From NCBI GenBank assembly GCA_009693705.1, contig SHWS01000001.1, forward strand, positions 4,067-68,066: a DNA stretch of 64,000 bases. The letters are read 5' to 3'. This stretch comes from Pelagibacteraceae bacterium. GTDB lineage: Bacteria > Pseudomonadota > Alphaproteobacteria > Pelagibacterales > Pelagibacteraceae. The translations under genes were made by a program, and so were the position numbers. Shown here one piece after another: positions 18,948 to 29,082 of this stretch (position 1 is the stretch's first letter; each line of letters begins with the position of its first letter). The notes below the pieces were generated by a model. It did no database searches and had not been told where the DNA came from. It was given only the letters and a program-made list of their open reading frames with translations.

Positions 18948-19997
18948 TACATCGCCATCTTTAACTATATAATCTTTTCCCTCTAATCTCATTTTTCCAT
19001 TAGTTTTAGAATTAACCCAACCTTCATTTATTATGAAATCTTCATAAGAAACTGTTTCAGCTCTTATAAATCCTTTTTCAAAATCTGAATGAATTTCACC
19101 TGCCGCTTTAGGTGCTGTACAGTTTTTTTTAATAGTCCATGCCCTAGTTTCTTCAGGTCCAGATGTAAAGTAGGTATCTAGTTCAAGAATTTTATATCCT
19201 TTTTGAATTAACATGCTTAACCCAGTTTCTTTTAATCCAATCATTTCCATATAATTTTTTTTTTCTTCTACTTCAAGAGAATTAATTTGATTTTCTATAT
19301 CCGCTGAAACTATTAATGTATTTTCTTCTCCGAACTTTTCAATAAAATTTTTTGTATAATTATTTCCCTTTTGAACACTTTGTTCATCAACATTACAAAC
19401 AAAAATTTTTTGTTTAATAGATAGTAGACCACTTTGGTTAAGCTTTTTAGTTTCAAATTGAGATTTTAAAATTGATAAATCTTTACCATGATTGATACAA
19501 TCAGACGCAATTTCAAGTATTTTTAACTGCTCTTCATCGATATTTTTTTTATTATTTTTTTCTAGTCTTTTTTGAATCGACTCTAAGTCAGCTAGCATCA
19601 TTTCAGTTTCTATTATCTCAAGATCTCTCACAGGATCTACAGTAGGATTTACATTTTGAATATCATCTGAGTCAAAGCATCTAATCATATGAATGATAGC
19701 GTCTACTTCTCTAATGTGGGATAAAAATTTATTACCTAATCCCTCTCCTTTTGAAGCTCCTTTAACCAATCCGGCAATATCAACAAATGAAATAGTTGTA
19801 TTGATAATTTTTTTTGATTTTGAAACTCTAGCTAAGTTTTCTAATCTATTATCAGGAACGGGCACGACACCAACATTTGGATCAATTGTACAAAAAGGAA
19901 AATTCGCAGCTTGAGCTTTGCTTGAGTTGGTTAATGCGTTAAATAATGTAGATTTACCAACATTAGGCAATCCTACTATACCACACTTGAAGCTCAT
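18924..19997 (-). CDS. ychF: Redox-regulated ATPase YchF
   Basis: GIVGLPNVGKST, NFPFCTIDPN, DIAGLV, C-terminal TGS domain. Confidence 0.97.
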   Translation of the reverse strand: MSFKCGIVGLPNVGKSTLFNALTNSSKAQAANFPFCTIDPNVGVVPVPDNRLENLARVSKSKKIINTTISFVDIAGLVKGASKGEGLGNKFLSHIREVDAIIHMIRCFDSDDIQNVNPTVDPVRDLEIIETEMMLADLESIQKRLEKNNKKNIDEEQLKILEIASDCINHGKDLSILKSQFETKKLNQSGLLSIKQKIFVCNVDEQSVQKGNNYTKNFIEKFGEENTLIVSADIENQINSLEVEEKKNYMEMIGLKETGLSMLIQKGYKILELDTYFTSGPEETRAWTIKKNCTAPKAAGEIHSDFEKGFIRAETVSYEDFIINEGWVNSKTNGKMRLEGKDYIVKDGDVLNFRFNT

Positions 19998-20557
19998 TAT
20001 TTATTATTAACGGCACTAGAAAACAAATCTAATTTTTTATCAATTAGCATAGAAATAGAGTTGGTAATATTTGATACTATTTTTTCAAGTCCCAACATTT
20101 CATCCCCATCAAAATTTTGCAATACATAATCAGTAACTTCCATACCATTTTTGGGTTTACCAATTCCAATTCTTATTCTAGAATAATCTTTTCCAATAAA
20201 TTTATCGATAGAATCGATACCATTATGACCAGCGCTTGATCCCCCAAATTTTGCTTTAATTTTACCGAATTCAATATCCAAATCGTCATGAAAGACCATA
20301 ACATCCTGAGCCTCAATTTTAAAATATTCAATTAATTCCCTTATACAGGTACCTGAGTTGTTCATAAAAGTTAGAGGTTTTATTGCATAGATTTTTTGTT
20401 TTGCTACATTTCCAGTAGTTAGTAATCCTTTAAATTTTGGCTTTTGTTTTGATAAACTAAATTTTTTATTTATAGCATCGATAATTTTAAAACCAACATT
20501 ATGTCTGTTGTTCTCACTATCTGGTGTTGGATTACCTAGACCTACAAGTAAAAGCAT
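19997..20557 (-). CDS. pth: Peptidyl-tRNA hydrolase
   Basis: GLGNP, RHNVGF, MNNSG, HDDLD, GHNG. Confidence 0.97.
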   Translation of the reverse strand: MLLLVGLGNPTPDSENNRHNVGFKIIDAINKKFSLSKQKPKFKGLLTTGNVAKQKIYAIKPLTFMNNSGTCIRELIEYFKIEAQDVMVFHDDLDIEFGKIKAKFGGSSAGHNGIDSIDKFIGKDYSRIRIGIGKPKNGMEVTDYVLQNFDGDEMLGLEKIVSNITNSISMLIDKKLDLFSSAVNNK

Positions 20558-20598
20558 ATTTTTAGATTTGAGAAGTAGTAAATTTCAAGCTTGATTTA

Positions 20599-21312
20599 TT
20601 ATTTTTTTTCTTCAGCAGATTTTTTAGCTTCACCAGGTTTTTTTGCTTCGCCAGGTTTTTTATCACCTTCTGCTCCCTCGGCGGCTACTTTTTCACCATC
20701 CGCCAATGCTTCAGCGCCTGCAGTTGTTTCGGTTGGTTTTTCTGGTTCTTTCATTACTGTTGGTGCAGCAAGTGTCGCAATAACAAAATCTCTTCCCTTA
20801 ATTGTTGGAACAACATCATTTTCTAATTTGACTGAGGAAATTTTAAAGCTTTGCCCGATATCTATTCCATCAAGATCTAAAATGATGTTTTCAGGAATTT
20901 TTTCGCTTGGACATCTTAGTTCAACTTTTCTTCTTACGATATTTAATACACCACCTCTTTTTAAACCTGGTGATTTTTCATGATTTATAAATTTTACAGG
21001 AATTTCAATTCTTATGTTTGCACCTTTAACTACTCTTAAAAAATCCACATGAATAGGCTCATCGGTTATAACATCATACTTAATTTCTCTTGGTAAAACA
21101 TTTTGAGAATTACCATCAATATTAAGCTCAATGATAGTTGATAAAAAATTTTCTTTTTCAATTAATAATTTAAGCAATTTTTTAGATATAGAAATCTTTT
21201 CATTCTGAGCTTCACCACCATATAAAATAGCTGGAACATTTCCATTTCCTCTAAGAGAACTTAATTCTCCTTTAGTTTTAGTATTTCTAACATTGGCTTG
21301 TAATGAATTCAT
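20599..21312 (-). CDS. rplY: 50S ribosomal protein L25/CTC (long form)
   Basis: G.VPAILYG, HVDF, G.K.GG.L; low-complexity Glu/Lys/Ala tail with a KKPGEA repeat; prs-rplY-pth context. Confidence 0.95.
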   Translation of the reverse strand: MNSLQANVRNTKTKGELSSLRGNGNVPAILYGGEAQNEKISISKKLLKLLIEKENFLSTIIELNIDGNSQNVLPREIKYDVITDEPIHVDFLRVVKGANIRIEIPVKFINHEKSPGLKRGGVLNIVRRKVELRCPSEKIPENIILDLDGIDIGQSFKISSVKLENDVVPTIKGRDFVIATLAAPTVMKEPEKPTETTAGAEALADGEKVAAEGAEGDKKPGEAKKPGEAKKSAEEKK

Positions 21313-21357
21313 AAGAGATAGGGGTTTTAACTCAAGTTTTTCAATAACTCAAGTTTA

Positions 21358-22290
21358 TTATTTAAATAAATCCGAGACAGATGTTGAATTAGATATTCTA
21401 TTAATTGCTTCACCCATTAAGGAAGATACAGATAAAATTTCTATATTTTTTGCACCTTTTATTTTCTCACTATTATCAATAGTGTCAGTGATAACTAAAT
21501 TTTTTATTGAAGAATTCTTTATTTTTTTGACCGCATCACCAGTTAAAACTCCATGAGTAATATATACATATACCTCTTTAGCCCCTCTTTCTTTTAAAGC
21601 TTGTGCAGCATTTATAATAGTTCCTCCTGAATCGATAATGTCATCAACAATTACACAGATTTTTTCTTTAACATTTCCAATTATATTCATCACCTCTGAT
21701 TGGCCTGGCTTTGCCCTTCTTTTATCTACTATAGCCAGTCCGCTATTTAAAATTTTTCCAAGTGCTCTTGCTCTTTCAGTGCCGCCTACATCAGGCGCAA
21801 CACAAACCAAATTTTTATTTTTAATTTTTTTTTTGATATGTCTTGCAAAAATGGGTGTTGCAAATAAGTTATCAACTGGAATGTCAAAAAAACCTTGAAT
21901 TTGTCCCGCATGCAAGTCAACGGTGACCACTCTATCAGCGCCAGCTGTAGTTATTAGGTTTGAAACAAGTTTTGCAGATATAGAAGTTCTGGGAACTACT
22001 TTTCTATCCTGTCTAGCATAACCAAAATATGGAATTACCGCTGTAATATTTTTTGCAGAAGATCTTTTTAAAGCATCAATGCAAAGCAATAATTCCATTA
22101 AATTGTCATTGGCTGGAAATGATACTGATTGAATTATAAAAATACTATTACCTCTAATGTTTTCATTAATTTCAATATAGATTTCACCATCTGAAAATTT
22201 TTTTATACTTGAGTTGACAAGCTTAGATTTTAGATATTTTGCTATATTTTTACTTAAAGGCTTGTTGCTATTTCCAGATAATAGTTTCAT
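21358..22290 (-). CDS. prs: Ribose-phosphate pyrophosphokinase
   Basis: FSDGE, PYFGYARQDRK, DLHAGQIQGFF, VDDIIDSGGT. Confidence 0.98.
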   Translation of the reverse strand: MKLLSGNSNKPLSKNIAKYLKSKLVNSSIKKFSDGEIYIEINENIRGNSIFIIQSVSFPANDNLMELLLCIDALKRSSAKNITAVIPYFGYARQDRKVVPRTSISAKLVSNLITTAGADRVVTVDLHAGQIQGFFDIPVDNLFATPIFARHIKKKIKNKNLVCVAPDVGGTERARALGKILNSGLAIVDKRRAKPGQSEVMNIIGNVKEKICVIVDDIIDSGGTIINAAQALKERGAKEVYVYITHGVLTGDAVKKIKNSSIKNLVITDTIDNSEKIKGAKNIEILSVSSLMGEAINRISNSTSVSDLFK

Positions 22291-22297
22291 TAAAATG

Positions 22298-23059
22298 TTA
22301 TTTAATCATAATTATTGAAATATTTCTACCATAATCATTCTGATTTAATCTTATAGATCTTCTTGCGCTAAAAAAATTATTCTTATTATCATAAGTGTCT
22401 ATATTTAGTGACTCTATATTCTTAATTTTGCTATTTTTAAGCTTGGAATAAACATACTTTATTAAATTAAAATAAATTTTACTATTTTTTTTTTTAAAAA
22501 ATTTCTGATTCAATTTACTTTTTTTAAGAAATTTTTCTTGAAAATCATATTTTACTTCATAATTTTTTACAGAAATAGAAGGACCAATAGCAGCGGTAAT
22601 ATCACTGTGTTTGCATCCTTTATTTATCATAAATTTTATTACCTTATCTAAAATATCTTTATAAGCACCCTTCCAACCTGCATGGATAGCTGCAATCATT
22701 TTTCTTTTTTTATCACAGAGTAAAATTGGGACACAGTCAGCTGTTAATATACCAATAGGTATTTTTGTTTGATCTGTTATTACAGCATCGGCTTTAGGTC
22801 TAATTCTATTAAGAGACTTTCTATTATTTAAATAAATTATTTTGTTACTATGAATCTGGTGTAATAAAAAAATTTTTTTTGAATTATTTCCAATTTTTTT
22901 TCTAACTATTTCTAGATTTTTTTCTATATTATTTTTTTTATCTTTTGAACCTGGTCCACAGTTTAAGCTTTTATAAATACCTGAGGATTTCCCACCTATT
23001 TTATTAAAAAAACCATGTTGAATGTTTTTAATTTTGGATAATTTTTTTGATTTAAACAA
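22298..23059 (-). CDS. pgeF: Peptidoglycan editing factor PgeF (YfiH/laccase-domain family)
   Basis: Q.HS, TADC.PIL, HAGWKG motifs. Confidence 0.9.
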   Translation of the reverse strand: MFKSKKLSKIKNIQHGFFNKIGGKSSGIYKSLNCGPGSKDKKNNIEKNLEIVRKKIGNNSKKIFLLHQIHSNKIIYLNNRKSLNRIRPKADAVITDQTKIPIGILTADCVPILLCDKKRKMIAAIHAGWKGAYKDILDKVIKFMINKGCKHSDITAAIGPSISVKNYEVKYDFQEKFLKKSKLNQKFFKKKNSKIYFNLIKYVYSKLKNSKIKNIESLNIDTYDNKNNFFSARRSIRLNQNDYGRNISIIMIK

Positions 23060-23060
23060 T

Positions 23061-24098
23061 TTAAAAACCTGTTTTAAATTTATTATTTTTATTTTTTATT
23101 AACATAACTTTAAATAGGTTACCCATTTCATTTTCATCCAATAATCTTTTTAATCTGTAAAATATATCTGCTTTTTTTGAAAATGTTTGATTTTTACTAA
23201 TTATTTCAGCTCTTTCAATTATTCCCATTTTTGTTAAGAACTTTTTTTGGTCAGTAATAATTGTCTCTAATTTTTTAAATTTATTCACTATTTTATGAAA
23301 TAAATTAAAGTTTATATTGTGTGTAATATCGGAATTACCAATATTTTTTAGAACGTCTGAATATTTATGATTAGAAATTGCCTGAAGGGTATTTTGCATT
23401 TTTCCATTTAAGTACCCATAATCAATTATTAATATTCCACCTTGATTTTTAATTATTTTTGAGGATATCTTTTTTAAGTATTTGATACCTAATAGTGAAT
23501 ATTCTACCACTTTTTGCTTTTTTGATATTTCAAATTTAATTTGATTTTCAAATTTCCGCATATCAAATTTTTTATCTAAAAAATTTATTCTTCCATCGAG
23601 AAAATTTACACATCTTTCAAACCAAGTATTTTTTTTCTTAAAAAATTGTTTTATCGGCATAGCGTCAAAAAACTCATTTGCTAAAAAAATACTTGGTATT
23701 GATTTAATTTTGTTTAAGTTTGAAATCCAAATTATATTTTTATAATTAATGTTTTTTTTCTGTGATTTAATTAATAGTTGACTTTTTTCGTGTATAATTA
23801 AGTTACATGATTTTAAAAAATTAGGAAATTTTTTAAAACTTTCAATTAATATTTCCATCATTTCTCCATTCCCGGAACCTAATTCTATCAAATTAAACTT
23901 TTTAGGAGAGCCCAAGCTTTGCCAAAATGTAATAACCCAGATAGCTACCATTTCAGAAAAAAGTCTTGAAATGCCTGGTGCGGTTATAAAGTCTCCTTTT
24001 TTTCCAAATGGATTATTCTTCATATAGTAGCCTTTTTGTTTATCGTAAAGTGCCCAGTTTATAAACTTATCTAAAGGTAAACTAGTTTTGTTGTACAT
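23061..24098 (-). CDS. SAM-dependent methyltransferase, MidA/NDUFAF7 family
   Basis: GDFITAP, ELGSGNG, ANEFFDAMP, IDYG, DITH. Confidence 0.9.
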   Translation of the reverse strand: MYNKTSLPLDKFINWALYDKQKGYYMKNNPFGKKGDFITAPGISRLFSEMVAIWVITFWQSLGSPKKFNLIELGSGNGEMMEILIESFKKFPNFLKSCNLIIHEKSQLLIKSQKKNINYKNIIWISNLNKIKSIPSIFLANEFFDAMPIKQFFKKKNTWFERCVNFLDGRINFLDKKFDMRKFENQIKFEISKKQKVVEYSLLGIKYLKKISSKIIKNQGGILIIDYGYLNGKMQNTLQAISNHKYSDVLKNIGNSDITHNINFNLFHKIVNKFKKLETIITDQKKFLTKMGIIERAEIISKNQTFSKKADIFYRLKRLLDENEMGNLFKVMLIKNKNNKFKTGF

Positions 24099-24864
24099 TT
24101 TTATTTTTAAAAATAACTAAATAGATGCCTATTAAAAAAAATAACAGACTAATAATTTGTCCCATTGTTAAATTAAAAATGAGATAGCCAAGCTGTTGAT
24201 CTGGAACTCTAAAAAATTCAACTGAAAATCTAAAAATTGAATAAAATATTAAAAATAAACCTGATATCATTCCAGGTCTGTTGAGAAAGTTTTTTTTTTT
24301 AAAGTAGATTAATATTATAAACAAAATAATACCTTCTAGAAGCGCTTCGTACAATTGAGATGGATGTCTTGTTAAATCATCAATTTGAATAAATATAACT
24401 GACCAAGGTACACTAGTAACTTTCCCATACAATTCAGAATTAATAAAATTAGCCAACCTACCAAAAAAAATTCCAATTGGAGCAACTAAAGCAACAATAT
24501 CCATGTAAATAAATGGATTATGATTATATTTTTTTGAAAATAGAATACTTGCAACTATTATACCAATCACTCCTCCATGAAAAGACATCCCACCTTCCCA
24601 GATTTTATAAACATCAGTGAGATTATTTAAATAATAATCAAAATTATAAAATATTATGTAGCCCAATCTTCCACCGATAATAATACCTATAATCAGATAG
24701 GTTATGTAATCATCAAATTTTTCTTTTAAATATGATTTTTTAATAAAAATTTTTTTACTTAATATCCATCCAAGCAAGATTCCAGTAATATAAGCTAATG
24801 AATACCACCTGACCTCTAACGAAAGTATTTGAAAAGCGACTGGGTCAAAATTATTGGTGAACAT
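24082..24864 (-). CDS. lgt: Prolipoprotein diacylglyceryl transferase
   Basis: VRWY, GGRLGY, GGMSFHGG, GRLANFINSELYG, HPSQLYE. Confidence 0.97.
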   Translation of the reverse strand: MFTNNFDPVAFQILSLEVRWYSLAYITGILLGWILSKKIFIKKSYLKEKFDDYITYLIIGIIIGGRLGYIIFYNFDYYLNNLTDVYKIWEGGMSFHGGVIGIIVASILFSKKYNHNPFIYMDIVALVAPIGIFFGRLANFINSELYGKVTSVPWSVIFIQIDDLTRHPSQLYEALLEGIILFIILIYFKKKNFLNRPGMISGLFLIFYSIFRFSVEFFRVPDQQLGYLIFNLTMGQIISLLFFLIGIYLVIFKNKNVQQN

Positions 24865-24908
24865 TTTAAATAATAATTATAAAGTATAATAATTTTATAA
24901 ATAAATAA

Positions 24909-25145
24909 ATGAAAAACTCAAAATTTATAATTGATAAATTAGCTAAACTTTTTGAACAAGGTTTAATATCTTCAAAAGATCTAGGTGTAGAACTTTTATC
25001 TATATTAAAATCAAAGAGAGAGGAATTTATTTTTAAAATGAAACTTGTAAGCAAAGATGAGTTTGATGTTCTTTCAAAAAGAGTTGAAAATCTTGAATTG
25101 AAGATTCAGAAAATAGAGTTGAGCCGAAGAAAAAAATCTAAATAG
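24909..25145 (+). CDS. ubiK: Accessory factor UbiK-family protein
   Basis: 78 aa with the LV..DEFDVL..R...LE pattern; divergent from lgt as in other alphaproteobacteria. Confidence 0.7.
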   Translation: MKNSKFIIDKLAKLFEQGLISSKDLGVELLSILKSKREEFIFKMKLVSKDEFDVLSKRVENLELKIQKIELSRRKKSK

Positions 25146-26457
25146 GAAAAACAACCTTAACACTAAGCCCATTCATAGAGGATTTTTCTAATTTAATATT
25201 GCCACCGTGAGATCTAATTATATCTGATGCAATTGATAGACCAAGACCCACACTAGATTTTGATGCAGATCGTCCTTTATCTATTTTATAAAATGGTTTA
25301 AAAACATTCTCATATTCTTCAGCAGGAATGCCTGGACCATTGTCATCAATATGGACAAATATATTTGTATTTTTTTTAATCAATTCAATTTTTATTTTAT
25401 CAGCATACTTAATAGCATTATCGATTAAGTTATTTAGACACCTTTTGATTAAGTTTTTCCTACCGTTGATATAAATTCTTGGAATTAGAGAATTTGAAAT
25501 GTTTTTATTGTCATATTTTTCAATTATTTCCTCAATTAATTCAGATAAATTAAACATTTCATCTTTTTCTAAATATGACGAACTTGTAAATTGAAGATAT
25601 TCATTAAGCATTTTCTCCATTTCATTTATATCCTCAGTTAGTTTTTTGGATAGCTGATTATCTTTGATAAATGCTATTTTCAGTTTCATACGTGTCAATG
25701 GCGTTCTTAAATCATGACTTATGCCAGATAACATTTCAGATCTTTGATTAAGATGTCTTAAAATTCTTTTTCTCATTTTATCAAACTCATAACCTGCTTT
25801 CCTAATTTCCAATGCGCCAGAAGGTTTAAATTTCTCTATTTTTTCTCCTTTCCCGAATCTTTCTGCAACTTTAGCTAAATTAATTATTGGTCTTGTCTGA
25901 TTTTTTAAGAAAATTATTGAAATAATTACTATTAAAATTCCCGGTACTGAAATCCAAAGAGCAAATATTCTTGCTGAAGAACTTGTTATTCTGTCTCTAG
26001 GAACTAAAAATTTAAAATATCCATTTTCATGTTTTATTCTTATATCAATTAATTCTTTATAACTCTTTGTATCAAACCAAAATTTACTAAAACCAAATTT
26101 AGATTTTAATTCTCTTCGAAGTGTTCTGTCTATTGGACTATATTTTTGTTCGTTATATGGATCATCGAAATTTTCACTTTCAATTAACTTTATATTTAAA
26201 TCAAGTGATCTAGAAAAAAAATTTTCTAATTCTTTTTTATTTAATTTTTCATTTTTATAAGACTCGATAAAAGCGGCAATTTCATTTACCAGTGCTCTAG
26301 TCATTCCTTGGTTTGTTTTAATCCAAAGACTGTCAAAAAAAACAACTGAGATTATTAATTGGATAACAATTGCAGGTATAGCTACAATAAGCAATGCTCT
26401 ATAAAATAATCTTTTTGGTAGAAGGTTTTTAAAAAAATTACTCAATCCATAGAACAT
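25138..26457 (-). CDS. EnvZ-like sensor histidine kinase
   Basis: Two TM segments, HAMP, H-box SHDLRTPLTR, N/G1/F/G2 boxes (NLIDNA, DDNGPGI, GLGLSI). Start refined to 26457; ORF track starts at 26505. Confidence 0.92.
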   Translation of the reverse strand: MFYGLSNFFKNLLPKRLFYRALLIVAIPAIVIQLIISVVFFDSLWIKTNQGMTRALVNEIAAFIESYKNEKLNKKELENFFSRSLDLNIKLIESENFDDPYNEQKYSPIDRTLRRELKSKFGFSKFWFDTKSYKELIDIRIKHENGYFKFLVPRDRITSSSARIFALWISVPGILIVIISIIFLKNQTRPIINLAKVAERFGKGEKIEKFKPSGALEIRKAGYEFDKMRKRILRHLNQRSEMLSGISHDLRTPLTRMKLKIAFIKDNQLSKKLTEDINEMEKMLNEYLQFTSSSYLEKDEMFNLSELIEEIIEKYDNKNISNSLIPRIYINGRKNLIKRCLNNLIDNAIKYADKIKIELIKKNTNIFVHIDDNGPGIPAEEYENVFKPFYKIDKGRSASKSSVGLGLSIASDIIRSHGGNIKLEKSSMNGLSVKVVFPI

Positions 26458-27115
26458 AACCTGCTCCTCTGATTGTTTGAAGAAATTTTGGATTTTTTGG
26501 ATCAATTTCTATTTTTTTTCTCAATCTAGTAATAATAACATCAATTGATCTTTCTTTGTTTAAGTCTATAAAATTTCCTATATCTTCCCTAGAGAATATT
26601 TTACCAGGATTGTTAATCATTTTTTCTAGTATTATTTTTTCTGTATTATTAATTTTAAATTCAATATCTTTTTTAAAAATTAAAAGTTTATTCAAATCAA
26701 TTTTAATATTTTCAAACTCAATTATTCTTTTTTGCTCATTTTTAATTGTTTTATTTAAAATGTTATTAATTCTTAAAACAAGTTCTTTAGGTTCAAATGG
26801 TTTCGATAGGTAGTCATCTGCACCAATTTCTAATCCTTCAACTCTCTCATTTGACCGATCTTTAGCTGTTAATAAAATAATTGGAGTGTCTATTTTTTTT
26901 TTATGTTCTTTAATAAATTCTAATCCACTTTTACCAGGCATCATGACATCTAATATAATTAGGTCAAATTTAATTACTTTAATTTTTTTTGATGCATTTT
27001 CTGCATTTTCAGCTGTTGTAATTAAAAAATTATTTTCATTTAAGTATTTTTTTAATAGAGACCTAATTTCATGATCATCATCTACAATTAAAATGTGAGC
27101 TATAAATTTATCCAT
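26438..27115 (-). CDS. OmpR-family response regulator (PetR-like)
   Basis: VDDD, LDVMMPG, LLTAK, GADDY..KPF, and winged-helix IDVIITRLRKKIE...QTIRGAGY. Confidence 0.93.
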   Translation of the reverse strand: MDKFIAHILIVDDDHEIRSLLKKYLNENNFLITTAENAENASKKIKVIKFDLIILDVMMPGKSGLEFIKEHKKKIDTPIILLTAKDRSNERVEGLEIGADDYLSKPFEPKELVLRINNILNKTIKNEQKRIIEFENIKIDLNKLLIFKKDIEFKINNTEKIILEKMINNPGKIFSREDIGNFIDLNKERSIDVIITRLRKKIEIDPKNPKFLQTIRGAGYVLWIE

Positions 27116-27545
27116 TAATAATTTTATTTAACACATTATCGAAATTGATTGCTTCTTCTGAACTGGAGTTAAGTAGTGCATTATGGATTCTTTTTTTTTG
27201 TGTCTCAAAAACTTCATTGAATATTTTTTTCCCTTTTTCATTGAGGTAAATATGTTTTATTCTTGTATCTTGCTCATTTTTTTTAAAAGTAATTATTTGA
27301 ATTGTAATAAGATCTTTAAGAACCCTATTTAAACTTTGCTTGGTAATTTTTAAGCGTTTTAACAGCTCTGAAATAGAAATACCTTCGTACATTGATAATA
27401 AGTGAATAACCTTATGGTGGGCCAAACCAATTGCATATTTTTTTAAAACTTTTTTTGCATCATTGAAAGTTTCTCGATAGCTAACAAATAGCTTTTCTAT
27501 TAATTCTTTTAGCTGCTCATCTTTTAAATATAGAAGTTCTTTCAT
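27108..27545 (-). CDS. MarR-family regulator (PetP-like)
   Basis: AHHKVIH, LKITKQSLNRVLKDL, D.R wing motif. Confidence 0.88.
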   Translation of the reverse strand: MKELLYLKDEQLKELIEKLFVSYRETFNDAKKVLKKYAIGLAHHKVIHLLSMYEGISISELLKRLKITKQSLNRVLKDLITIQIITFKKNEQDTRIKHIYLNEKGKKIFNEVFETQKKRIHNALLNSSSEEAINFDNVLNKIING

Positions 27546-27562
27546 TATATAGGTAAGTTATA

Positions 27563-27591
27563 TTGACATAATCAAGATACAAAGATATTTT
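27563..27591 (+). promoter_or_regulatory. Sigma70-type promoter of ilvE
   Basis: TTGACA (27563-27568), 17 nt, TATTTT (27586-27591), upstream of the ATG at 27618. Confidence 0.6.
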
Positions 27592-27617
27592 TCAAATATA
27601 ATTTATTTATTTCACAC

Positions 27618-28499
27618 ATGATACCCTACGATAAAAGATCTGGAAAAATATGGTACAACGGAGAGTTGGTTAATTGGACGGATGTTAAAATTCACGTATT
27701 AAGCCATGGATTACATTATGCAAGTTGTGTGTTCGAGGGAGAGAGAGTTTACGATGGTGCAATATTTAAGTTAGAGGAACATACCTCAAGATTTTTTCAC
27801 TCAGCAAAAAGAATGGGCTTTGAGATTCCTTACACTGAACAAGCAATAAATGCTGCATCTAAAGAAATTATTTTAACACAAAATATAGCAAATGGTTATG
27901 TGAGGCCTGTCGCATGGAGAGGTAGTGAGATGATGGCGATATCAGCTCAACAAACAAAAATTCATGTAGCAATTGCCACATGGGAATGGGGATCTTACTT
28001 TGATCCAAAGTTAAAAATTGAGGGAATAAAATTAAATATATCCAACTGGAGAAGACCTGCTCCTAATACTATTCCTTGGGATACCAAAGCGTCAGGCCTT
28101 TATATGATTTGCACTCTTTCAAAGCATGAAGCTGAAAAACAAGGTTATACAGATTCTTTAATGTTAGATTACGAGGGAAATGTTGCAGAGGCAACAGGCG
28201 CAAATATTTTTTTTAAAGATAAAAACGATGAAATTCATACACCAATACCAGATTCTTTTTTAAATGGGATTACGAGGCAAACAGTGATTGATATTGCCAG
28301 GTCAAAAAATATAAAAGTTCATGAAAGAAAAATTAACCCAATTGAACTTTCAAATTTTGTTGGATGTTTTTTAACTGGAACTGCAGCTGAAATAACTCCT
28401 GTTTCGAGCATTGCGGAATATAATTTTAAAGTTTGTAATGTTATTATGGATTTAAATGAAAGCTACCAGTCTCTAGTTAGAAAAAAAAGAGCAGCTTAA
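27618..28499 (+). CDS. ilvE: Branched-chain amino acid aminotransferase
   Basis: HGLHYAS.VFEGE, K.SGLY (PLP Lys), EATGANIF, GITRQT, GTAAEITPV. Confidence 0.95.
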   Translation: MIPYDKRSGKIWYNGELVNWTDVKIHVLSHGLHYASCVFEGERVYDGAIFKLEEHTSRFFHSAKRMGFEIPYTEQAINAASKEIILTQNIANGYVRPVAWRGSEMMAISAQQTKIHVAIATWEWGSYFDPKLKIEGIKLNISNWRRPAPNTIPWDTKASGLYMICTLSKHEAEKQGYTDSLMLDYEGNVAEATGANIFFKDKNDEIHTPIPDSFLNGITRQTVIDIARSKNIKVHERKINPIELSNFVGCFLTGTAAEITPVSSIAEYNFKVCNVIMDLNESYQSLVRKKRAA

Positions 28500-29080
28500 T
28501 TTTTGCTATCTTCAGAAATAGCATAGTCAATTACTTTCCGCAGATATTTATAACCAGTAAAAAGAGTTAAAGCAGCCGAAATCCACAAAAGAATTATCCC
28601 AATCATTTGCGCATTATAATTTTCAAAATTGATAATTTTATTTCCAGTTTCTCCTGAAAGCAATAAACCAATAGAGGTCATTTGCAAAAAAGTTTTTAAT
28701 TTTGCAAGATTAGAAACTGGCAGTTTGACCTTATCTTCAGCTAAAAATTCTCTAAGACCTGAAATTAAAATTTCTCTAGTTAATATTATAATTGCAGCAA
28801 TAACTTCATAATGTTTAATGGTTTCGTTCATAACTAATAAAATTAATGCAGTAGCTACAATAATTTTGTCAGCAATTGGATCTAATAATTCGCCTAATTT
28901 TGACTCTTCCCCAAGCATACGAGCAAGTAATCCGTCTAAAAAATCAGTAAATGAAGCTACAATAAATATTATTAATGCAGTTAAATCACTATAAAATCCA
29001 GGAAGATAGAAAGCAATCACAAAAAAAGGTACCAGGATAATCCTGCCAATTGTTAATATATTTGGAATTTTTTTGAGCAT
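28496..29080 (-). CDS. pgsA: CDP-diacylglycerol--glycerol-3-phosphate 3-phosphatidyltransferase
   Basis: PNILT, TDFLDGLLAR...G.LLDPIADK CDP-alcohol phosphotransferase motif. Confidence 0.95.
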   Translation of the reverse strand: MLKKIPNILTIGRIILVPFFVIAFYLPGFYSDLTALIIFIVASFTDFLDGLLARMLGEESKLGELLDPIADKIIVATALILLVMNETIKHYEVIAAIIILTREILISGLREFLAEDKVKLPVSNLAKLKTFLQMTSIGLLLSGETGNKIINFENYNAQMIGIILLWISAALTLFTGYKYLRKVIDYAISEDSKN

Positions 29081-29082
29081 AT

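Noticed and set aside
20615-20665. 18-bp tandem repeat encoding KKPGEA at the L25 C-terminus
   Set aside because: Low-complexity tails are common in long-form L25/CTC proteins; no sign of a separate element.
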